A stretch of 64,000 nucleotides of DNA. Source: Holothuria leucospilota (taxonomy: Eukaryota). This document shows, in pieces, positions 23,855 through 34,055 of the stretch (its first letter is position 1; the number at the start of each line of letters is the position of its first letter). The notes beneath the pieces were generated by a model that was not told the DNA's origin, ran no database searches, and saw only the letters and a list, made by a program, of their open reading frames with translations. The stretch covers positions 6,848,493 through 6,912,492 of the forward strand of contig CM055976.1 in NCBI GenBank assembly GCA_029531755.1, given 5' to 3'. The position numbers and the translations under genes were made by a program.

Positions 23855-24707
23855 GTTTGTAAATGTTTAGAAAAAATTTAAAGTTTAGAAAAATTTCAAA
23901 TTTTAGAAAATTTTTAATTCTCAAGATGTAAAATCCTTTTCCATTTCTTGTTAGAGAAATGTAGATGAAAGCAAATACAAACAATAGCACTCAGTGATTA
24001 TTGAGACTTGTGAAGTATTTTAGTGAAGTATATAAATTAGGCTTATCAAACCTAATTGAGGGCTGCCATTTTTTTCTTTTTTTTTCTGTTTTCATGATTA
24101 TAGCATGATGGTGCAATGTTAGCTATTAAGTATTTATCTCAGGCATCTACTCTGCACATGGTACCCTGGTTTCGTCTGGTTTCCCCTCCCTCCCCCCCCC
24201 CTTGTTATTGGTCAATTATTTACAGCACATTACTGTTGGTCAGTCAGGACCCTCGATCCCTATCCCATGTTAGTAACATAATACTTCATTGCAGAGTGAA
24301 GAGAATACACAAGTAACATGTAGGCTGTGATTGGTACACTGTCTCTTGGCCTTTAATCAAATGGGTTGAAATGGCAAATTTGTAGCAAGATTTTGATGGT
24401 ATTTACTTGTTTAAGTAAGTAATTTATCATTAATCTGTATATTTTAGAGAATCTTCTAGTTTTCGTGATTTGAAACAATGGCCACGTGTTTTACTAGACA
24501 GAGTTGCTGTCAGTCCAAGGCACAGGTATTGGCTCAGTGTATTATGGCTTGAAATGAACAGGAACTGATGTTTAGCACAAAATTCAGATTGTGTGCCTTG
24601 AGGTAACTTTCAGTTTCAGGTAGTACTGTGTTACAAAGACATGGTTCTGTGGTCAGAAGATTTCAGGCGTAATAGTTCTGTGGTAACAATTATTTTTCTT
24701 TGTGTAG

Positions 24708-24782
24708 GATAAAGAGGCTAGAAAATATGAAGATGGCATGCATGATGATGAACCAAGCTCTAGTGATGAGGAGAGTATAGAG
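24708..24782 (+). CDS. Candidate acidic exon (DKEARKYEDGMHDDEPSSSDEESIE). Its 3' end, together with the adjoining intron start, is the progenitor of the downstream 67-bp tandem array.
   Basis: Acceptor ttctttgtgtAG (24705-07) and consensus donor ATAGAG|GTAAGG (24783). Phase 0 to phase 0. Confidence 0.4.
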
Positions 24783-26880
24783 GTAAGGACTGCAGTAACT
24801 ATATACAATTGTGATTGAAACCAGCTGTAGTGATGAGGGCTGCATAGAGGTAAGGACTGCAGTAACTATATACAATTGTAATTGAAACCAGCTGTAGTGA
24901 TGAGGGCTGCATAGAGGTAAGGACTGCAGTAACTATATACAATTGTGATTGAAACCAGCTGTAGTGATGAAGGCTGCATAGAGGTAAGGACTGCAGTAAC
25001 TATATACAATTGTGATTGAAACCAGGTGTAGCGATGAGGGCTGCATAGAGGTAAGGACTGCAGTAACTATATACAATTGTGATTGAAACCAGCTGTAGTG
25101 ATGAGGGCTGCATAGAGGTAAGGACTGCAGTAACTATATACAATTGTGAATGAAACCAGCTGTAGTAATGAGGGCTACATAGAGGTAAGGACTGCAGTAA
25201 CTATATACAATTGTGATTGAAACCAGCTGTAGTGATGAGGGCTGCATAGAGGTAAGGACTGCAGTAACTATATACAATTGTAATTGAAACCAGCTGTAGT
25301 GATGAGGGCTGCATAGAGGTAAGGACTGCAGTAACTATATACAATTGTGATTGAAACCAGCTGTAGTGATGAGGGCTGCATAGAGGTAAGGACTGCAGTA
25401 ACTATATACAATTGTGATTGAAACCAGCTGTAGTGATGAGGGCTGCATAGAGGTAAGGACTGCAGTAACTATATACAGTTGTAATTGAAACCAGCTGTAG
25501 TGATGAGGGCTGCATAGAGGTAAGGACTGCAGTAACTATATACAATTGTAATTGAAACCAGCTGTAGTGATGAGGGCTGCATAGAGGTAAGGACTGCAGT
25601 AACTATATACAATTGTAATTGAAACCAGCTGTAGTGATGAGGGCTGCATAGAGGTAAGGACTGCTGTAACTATATACAGTTGTAATTGAAACCAGCTGTA
25701 GTGATGAGGGCTGCATAGAGGTAAGGACTGCAGTAACTATATACAATTGTGATTGAAACCAGCTGTAGTGATGAGGGCTGCATAGAGGTAAGGACTGCTG
25801 TAACTATATACAGTTGTGATTGAAACCAGCTGTAGTGATGAGGGCTGCATAGAGGTAAGGACTGCAGTAACTATGTACAATTGTGATTGAAACCAGCTGT
25901 AGATGAGGGCTGCATAGAGGTAAGGACTGCAGTAACTATATACAATTGTAATTGAAACCAGCTGTAGTGATGAGGGCTGCATAGAGGTAAGGACTGCAGC
26001 AACTATATACAATTGTAATTGAAACCAGCTGTAGTGATGAGGGCTGCATAGAGGTAAGGACTGCAGTAACTATATACAATTGTGATTGAAACCAGCTGTA
26101 GTGATGAGGGCTGCATAGAGGTAAGGACTGCTGTAACTATATACAGTTGTGATTGAAACCAGCTCTAGTGATGAGGGCTGCATAGAGGTAAGGACTGCAG
26201 TAACTATGTACAATTGTGATTGAAACCAGCTGTAGTGATGAGGGCTGCATAGAGGTAAGGACTGCTGTAACTATATACAATTGTGATTGAAACCAGCTGT
26301 AGTAATGAGGGCTGCATAGAGGTAAGGACTGCAGTAACTATATATAATTGTGATTAAAACCAGCTCTAGTGATGAAGGTAGTATAGAGGGTTTTCACGAT
26401 GTCACGTGATTATGCATCTCTCTGGTATTGAAGGGCAAGATCGTGCGTCTCTTTGATTTTGACTGTCACGGGTCCATTGTGTTACAGAAGTATCTATGGT
26501 TATGCGTGTGCGTGTGCAGTAAATACGCTTACTGCGTGTGTGTTTTGCCCTTCAATGCCTGGGATTCCCATGCATGTGACATCACATGAAATCCCTCTGT
26601 AGAGGAAGGGATTGCACTTACTATATACAATTGTGATTAAAACCAGCTCTAGTGATGAGGGCTGCATAGAGGTAAGGACTGCAGTAACTGTATATAATTG
26701 TGATTAAAACCAGCTGTAGTGATGAGGGCTGCATAGAGGTAAGGACTGCAGTAACTATATGCAGTTGTGAGTGAAACTAGCTCTAGTGATGAGGGCAGTA
26801 TAGAGGTAAGGACTTCAGTAACTTTATGCAGTTGTGAGTGAAACTAGCTCTAGTGATGAGGGCTGTAGTTATTTAGTTAT
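24783..26880 (+). repeat. Tandem array of about 31 copies of a 67-bp unit (GTAAGGACTGCAGTAACTATATACAATTGTGATTGAAACCAGCTGTAGTGATGAGGGCTGCATAGAG). It starts exactly at the splice donor of the exon 24708-24782. The unit is the last 27 nt of that exon plus the first 40 nt of the intron.
   Basis: Direct reading shows copies >90% identical, each containing a GTAAGG donor consensus. The exon 3' end agctctagtgatgaggagagtatagag matches the unit 3' part agctgtagtgatgagggctgcatagag at 23 of 27 positions. Confidence 0.9.
26389..26597. mobile_element. Small (~210 bp) hairpin-forming insertion that interrupts the 67-bp array. It is MITE-like.
   Basis: It breaks the array periodicity. Internal inverted repeats ggtattgaagggcaa / ttgcccttcaatgcc and cacgatgtcacgtgat / catgtgacatcacatg are present. 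Confidence 0.5.
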
Positions 26881-27478
26881 CATCTCAGATTGGTCTCTAC
26901 TGTCATAGATACATGAAGGAATCCTGCAATTTTAGTGATGAAAGTTTTCAAAATATCAGTGGAAAACAAGCCTGAGTTTTTACAGTTTACATGGATCTAA
27001 GAAATCACTGGAATGTTGTGAAGGATGTAAGTGAAATATGATTGTACTGACTTTCTATGTATGGAGAGAGCTACATTTTGTCATCAAACCATGCTCCTAA
27101 GTGGCTCCTATTTATCCCACTTTCTCTGTCTTTTGAACTTCCTCCTATTTCTTCTACTTTTTGCCTTCAAATTCTGCATCATCCTACTTTTCCTTCTTTA
27201 TCCCACTTGTTTGTATTTAAAAGAGATGTGTACCGTAGGATGTTAACGTTGTTGAAAAAAATCTCTTTAGAGTCACTATTCTGCCACTATTCCTGAGTAT
27301 GGATGAATAAACGCTTGCAAAAACCTGGCTTTTGTCCTACTTTTGGTCCTTAAAATCCTTCTGATATCCTGTTTTATGGAGAATTCGGATCTTATTTTAA
27401 TCCATTTTCTTTGCCTGAATTCACTTAAAAGCCTGTCATACATAGCTAAAGCGTAAATGTTTTTGTGTATTTTTCCAG

Positions 27479-27604
27479 AATTTGCCCTCTGCTGATCATG
27501 AAATAATGGATTATGCAGAAGAAGTTATCAGACACTTTGATGGGGAGGATTCTACTTCATCAGAAAGTGACTCTTCCTCAAGTGTGTGTTGTTATTCTGA
27601 TAAA
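27479..27604 (+). CDS. Candidate acidic, Ser-rich exon (NLPSADHEIMDYAEEVIRHFDGEDSTSSESDSSSSVCCYSDK).
   Basis: Acceptor gtatttttccAG (27476-78) and donor GATAAA|GTGAGT (27605). Phase 0 to phase 0. Confidence 0.4.
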
Positions 27605-28504
27605 GTGAGTGAACTCTTGAGCCATAGGTCATGTCTGAAGGTTCAAAAGACTGGAATATACAAGGTCTGTAAATATTGATCGTATCATTAAGATATTACA
27701 TGACACAGGAATCAAGCCTTTGAAACATTATTAGTTGTCACTAACCAGAAGTCTCATTATTTCCTAACTTTTATGTGTCTTCCTGTCTTATTACAAACAA
27801 AAGGGAAGTTACGAGTAACTGTGCATTGCATTTTAAAATTAATTTAGAAGAATTAACAAAGCTGTTCAAAATTAATTTAAGAGAAATAAAACCCAAGTTT
27901 TGAGTTAAACATGTGATAGTACCCAGATATCATCGAGTTAAGTCCATTTCATGAGTTCTGACTTCGCATTTCAGATAACTTGCAATCACTGTTTCCCCAA
28001 CTTTGGTATACTTTCATTTTCAAATGTCCTTTCAACTGGATGTTGAAGGGCAAAACAAAGCAAAACCTTTCCCCATGAAGGGGCCCCACTCCCCAAAAGA
28101 GCTTTGTCTTCAGAAGGGACACCATAATGCATGCAACTTTGTTAGTTCTTTTGATAATTATCCCTGACTAAAAGCAGCTTTACTCAAGTGTCACATGACC
28201 AGACTTGCATAATTGTCTGTCTACAAAGAGCTGTAATGAGACTGCAATGACTTAGACTGGACTGATCAACCTCTCAACCTTCAAACCAGGTCTGTCACGC
28301 GTAAATCTGTTCTGACTGAACAGAATTGATACTATAAAAGACCTTAGCCAAAGGGATGAGAAACCCATCATAATTTGTGTCCACAAAGAACTATGATGAA
28401 AATGTACACATAATGTTAGATGAGCATTTTATTTCTCTGGCACTGCAAGGCTAAAGCTGCCAGTTGCCTATAATTTATTACAGTGTAATCAAACCAATAG
28501 GATG

Positions 28505-29060
28505 TATATTTATTAGCTCAACCAGTTGAGCTATTGCCATGGCAGTGTATCTGTCTGTCTGTCTGTAGGTCAAAGGTCATTTGGGATCATGAGAGGTCAA
28601 AGAGTGATATCATGCAAAAGCCTTCAACTCCTGGTACTTACATCTCAATCTTTTCAAATGTAATGGGAGTGTTCAGTAAATGATGGATCTTCAAATTTTC
28701 TACTTTTGAAATAGATTAAAGGTCATTTGGGGGTCAAAGAAAGGTCAAACAAAAGGTCAAACAGTGTAATCCTGCAAAAACCTTCGTCTCCTAGACATTG
28801 TGTCTGAATTTTAGTAGATTTTGTAAGAGTGTTTAGTAGATAATAGTCATCAAAGTTGTACTTTTGAAGTTGGTCAAAGGTCATTTGGGTTCAAAGAGAG
28901 GTCAACAGTGAAATCACTCAAAAACTTTCACCCCCTAAGGGGTTGTATCCAAATTTTATCAAAGTTGGCCAAAGTGCTTAGTAGATGACAGGTCATCAAA
29001 TTTTTGAAGTTCAAAGGTCATGTGGGGTCATAAAATGGTTGAACAATGGAATCATGCAAT
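28505..29060 (+). mobile_element. Family 2 composite element. It has a hairpin head (TTATTAGCTCAACCAGTTGAGCTATTGCCATGGCA), a (GTCT)n microsatellite and about 3.5 units of a ~150-155-bp satellite (GGTCAAAGGTCATTTGGG...AGCCTTCAACTCC...).
   Basis: Perfect palindrome AGCTCAAC-c-AGTTGAGCT at 28514-28530, then (gtct)4, then tandem units. A second copy with the same head lies at 47535. Confidence 0.75.
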
Positions 29061-32000
29061 AACCTTTAACTCCACTGGAAAACTACCTAAGATCTAAAAG
29101 AAATACAGAGTAAAGTTAAGTGCTATTTAAAATATATCAAGGTGGGAAAACTTGTAAAGAATAATTGTAACAAGTCTAGAATGGTATCACACTATCACAT
29201 ATATGCTGGAAGTTTCTCCACTTCAATAGACCTTAATATGCACTGACAGCGTGACGTCAGTTTGGAGGAAAACAGTGAAGTACAAGTGCACAAATGGAGA
29301 TCTCGCATGCATGTGTAGTAGACTTACGCGCGTATACCATTGGTTGACAAATCAGCTGTCTGGCATTTGTTGGTGTAACTTGCAATGATACGCCATTTTC
29401 CTCCAAATAAGGGAGCACTTTCTGCTCTGTGACATCATATGCATAAGGTCTATTCATCATTTCGTCCATTACCAAACCGTAACATAATGGACCAGCCAAT
29501 CATTTTTAAAATGTTTTTGCATTCACAAAAAGTAAAATAGAGAATATAGACAAGAGTATCAATGATGCTGCAGCTCAACTTTGAGTTTCTCACACAAAGT
29601 TACTGTTATGTTGTTTCGTTAGGGATTCAAACCAAGGAGTCATGGACAGTAATATTACTTGGATGTATGTTCAGGGACAAGTGATATTACTGGGAAGTAT
29701 GGTCAGGGACGAATAATATTACTGGAAAGTTTAGTCAGGGATGAGTAATATTCCTGGAAAGCATGGTCAGGGGCGAGTAATATTACTGCACATGACATAA
29801 CTCAGATAAGACTGCAGTCAACAGGTAGCTGGTTCTAAGTTCTGCTGGTCTGGTCTCTTGGTTTAACCACACCTTCAATATTGTTGAACTTTGTGCAAAA
29901 ATGAAACGTGCATATAACTTTGCGGTTTGGAAATGCTTTCAACACCTTGGAGCTTTGTAATTTGCTTTTCAGGGACCCTTTTCCTCCCTTGATGATTTGT
30001 TGTGGAATGCAAAAGGAATCTTAGTGGTGTTTTTTTATGTATGGGTCTGTGTATGTGGATGTGCATGTGTGATGCATAGCATCTACACACAGGGTAGCCA
30101 GAGAGGATACATGGGTTCTTAATACGTGAGTTCTTACATAGCTGGTGCATGTATGGGTCATATTTAAAGTTAGAACCCTACTGTTTGGTGGTGGTCAAAT
30201 GTGACTTGATTTCAGCAGAGGAAAAGAACGCTATTCTTTTCAATGAAGGTCACGACGCTAGAAAAGAATACCAAGTTTTAGCCATCCCTAGTTACCACTT
30301 TTAATCCACAATCTGTCAGTGAACTTCCTGTGCAGCTATCCTGAGATCAATAAAGTTAAAGGGGTTTGGTGTTGTATTGAAATGAGGCACAGATGTAAAT
30401 GATAAATTTCATCACTTTGTAACAGCTCTTAACAAAGGTATGGCTTGAACCCTTTAGAGACTGTTTGCTCAAGAGAGCAAGTTGTTTACAAAAGGGTAAT
30501 ATTAACTGCTGCAAGTGATGAGATAAGGTTCACCTAGGAAAAGGCATTTTGGGGGGTGATTTTGGCTAAAATCTCCTAGTCAATTCTAGCAGCATGTCTT
30601 AGCTTATTTTAGGTCATCAGGAGTAACGGTTTCAGTGGTTGCTGAAACCCTTGATGTAAAAACGATATCACCAAGAGGGAACATCCAGGCATGAGCTTTT
30701 TCCGCGAATTCGCGGATTTCCGTGATTTTTTTCCAACTTCCGCTATTTCGCATTTTCATTTCCGCGAAAAAATGTGAAGTTGAAAATGGGAACAGCACGT
30801 GATTTATCATAAGATGTCAGTGAAACAGCATAGTGTCTTCAGTAAAATGTGTATTTCCACATATTTTGTTTACGTTTCACTGCAGCTGGAAATGCATAGT
30901 CGACATGTTTAATTATGATACCCTTTTTCCTTGTCATATCATAGCTCCTAGGTCATACTGTGTATGTGCTGCTTGAAAGTGGAAAGTAAAAGTGGAAGCA
31001 AATAGTCATGTCCACGCCATATACTTAGTACATACAGTATTATAGCGCTCTGATTTAGTGCAAGTTTTGTATACATGTACGTACGTCCATTGGCCCTACA
31101 TGTATCTGTACATGCAAGTGTGTACTGCACCATGCTTGCTACTAGAGTTACTGTATACTACAACGTAACTTGGTGGGCACTGAACAGAACGATCGTCTGC
31201 AAGTTAATCAAAGCTTGTATATTCACAGGGAATGTGCAAAATAATCAACTGAGCCCTTTCCTACATCTTTATAAGGTTTAAGGCAGGTTGCATATTCTGT
31301 TCATACATCTGTCACTAACTTAGAGGCATTGCCATTAATTAGGCCTAGGCTACCTGCTTACACTATCCTAACATAGGTTATATATGTGCACTGCTATTGA
31401 GCCTAGCCCATACTCGCACAGGCTGACAGGTCTCTGGCTGGGTCTGAAGAAGGCAGCCATTCAGGGATTTGGCATGAAGTTTGTAACAGACTGGTACCAA
31501 TTTTCACCAAAAGAGCTAGAAATTGGTGCCTTAAATTAGACTTTACCTAACAAGGCTAGGCCTAGGCCTAATGTTTGGCCTTTGAAGTTTTGGCCTAGCC
31601 TATGCAAGGCATGGCTCATAAATGTGCTTTACTTTACAGAGCACAGCCAAGGCACTTTCCTTAGCCAAATGTTCTGATGTACAAAAAGGGCTAATATTTA
31701 CTAGTAGGTAGGCCCTCTACTTTAAAGCCTAGGCCTATAGGCAAAAGGCCTCTAAAATGTGCTGCAAGTTGAATGGTGTTAAAACTTAATAGTGAGCCAC
31801 AAAATAATGTTGGACACTGGATCAAAGAAATCAAGAAGCCAGTTGGTATGAACTAGGTTTTGGGAAAGACAAGGTATTAATGTTGACCCAACTTAGTGAA
31901 CCTTAACACATAGGTTATACAGTATGTTACGCTTAGGTTGTTTTTGTAATTTGTTTCAACAAAATATGATAAACAGTTAGCCCATTTGGGCCTTATGAAA

Positions 32001-33961
32001 TCTTAAAAGGCCAGGAGCTTCCGGGGGCACTGCCCCCTGACCCCGCCAGGGCATTGCCTGTGGACCTGACCAGGGGCCCTAAGGCAGGCCCCTGGACCCC
32101 ACCCGTAAGAGTTCGCACTTCGCGCTCAGACTGACGCCTTGGGCGTCAGTATGCTACGTACCCAAAAGTTCAGTGATTTTTTTTGTATGTCAGGCTCATC
32201 CCTGAACATCACAGATGAGAAGAGAAATTTTCAGTTTTGGTGAAGATCAAAGTTCACTTTAGGTCACCAAAGGTCATGCAGTTATGAAAATTTTGTAGAC
32301 AGCTTGTAAATGGGATAGGTCAAGAATGGGTTACCACATCTTAGAGTTGGCATGTGTACGTTCCATGCTGAGCACAAAGGCTGGTGGAGGTCATTTGAAT
32401 TCAAAGGAGGCTAACTATGAAAAAATTAAAGGATCATGACATCACAAGAAGGGAAATTTTGATCTTTCTTATCCTTGGTAGGTAGGTACATGGTATAGTA
32501 GATTTTAATGGTTGCAATGCATAATGGGAACTGGGAGTATAAACAACAGGCGCTATATGCTGAATGGAGTACTAGTCACACTACAGGGCTGAAATTTAGC
32601 ACTCGTCCGATCGTCCGTGACGGGTAAAACTTGCATCGGACAACCACTTTCTGGCTTTGAACTTGTCCGATGGACGAGTAGATTTTATTTGTAACTGAAT
32701 AGTTCCCTACATCAGAAGGAAAGTATGTCATAAAAATCCCCTTAAGAAGTGGCATTGAGACAATGGTATTGACTACCATTCATCATTGAACCATGCCAAT
32801 AAATATGGAAAAATGCAGAATTTAAAGTAAATGTTTGTTTTCTATGGCAGAGACAGGAACAGAATTGTTCATCTCTTGTTCGTCACTTTCATTCAGACAA
32901 CCAAAAACTATTTCTCGGACAACCTAAATTTAGCTTCAGGTTGTCCGATGGGCAACCTGAAAATTTCCTTAAAAATCAGGCCTGCACTACTGTATTGTTT
33001 TAGTCCTAGTTAGTTTAGTTAGTTTAGTTCTTGGTTCCTGCTCCTTTTGTATGCATGATGTAATCATTAAGTCTGCTATTGAGTAGAAGAATTCTCACTT
33101 TGGTGGATTTTAAAGGTCATTTAAGGTCACCAGAGATCAAACTGGAAATTTTGTGAATATGTTATCATAAGAAGGGTAACCATGAGGATGCTCTTACTTT
33201 TAGCATGTTGATAAGTCATATTTTGAGTACAAGAGGGTAATATTGATTTAGCTAGGTCAAAGGTCATTTGCATTCCATTATGGTGAAACTGAATACTTGG
33301 AAAACAACATCTCCAAAAATGAAAGATTGACAAATCCCTAACTTACAATGAATAGGCTCATGTTGATTTTAAGAAACATTTTGTTAATACGTAAGGTCTA
33401 AGGTCATGAGAAATTATCAGGGGTGAAACTGTAAACTTGTAAACACAAAATGTCATCAATGGACACTTTGATGGATCTCATATTTGGCAGGTGGTTCCAA
33501 ACTTAGTGTGATGGAGGTCAAAGGGCTTATGAGTCCACAAGGTCAAACTTGATCCACATGAAAACATAATTTTCCCAGAAGGGGATGAACCCATAACATT
33601 TTGAAACCACATCATTTCTTCTCTGCAAAAAATCAAGGAGAAGAAGTTCTGATTTTGGTTTCAATTAAATAGTCTCATTTATGTTCATGAGAGTGATGCC
33701 AGTGGTAGCAATATTGAAGAAGGCAGTCACAGTAATATGGTAAGAAAAGCTGATACATTGCGGAGACACAAAAACATCAGTATCTAAAGCTGTGTTTCAA
33801 AACAGTAAAAAGAGTATCAAAGGCTATGCAACATTAAAACAGTAACAGAAGTATGAAGGGTGTGAAAAACTGAGACAGTTTTATGAAACTTCATGAAATG
33901 TGATGATCAATAAGATTATTAGATGTCAGAGTTACATTAGTATATTTTCTTTCTACTGTAG

Positions 33962-34055
33962 TTGGGCGGGAAACTCAAGGAAGTGGAAACTAGTGATGAT
34001 GAGGAAGAAGATACCATGTCATTTGATCTGGGTCTGGCTGAAGAACTATATGATG
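33962..34055 (+). CDS. Candidate exon encoding the acidic module, from the degenerate zeroth copy of the 4-kb unit (LGGKLKEVETSDDEEEDTMSFDLGLAEELYDg).
   Basis: Acceptor ttctactgtAG (33959-61) and donor TGATG|GTAATT (34056). Phase 0 to phase 1, matching the phase-1 start of the SSELEE exons downstream. Confidence 0.25.

Noticed and set aside
25737-26012. 91-aa ORF on the minus strand inside the 67-bp tandem array
   Set aside because: It is purely a product of repeat periodicity. Every unit has stops in all + strand frames, and the minus-strand ORF is a repeat artefact.
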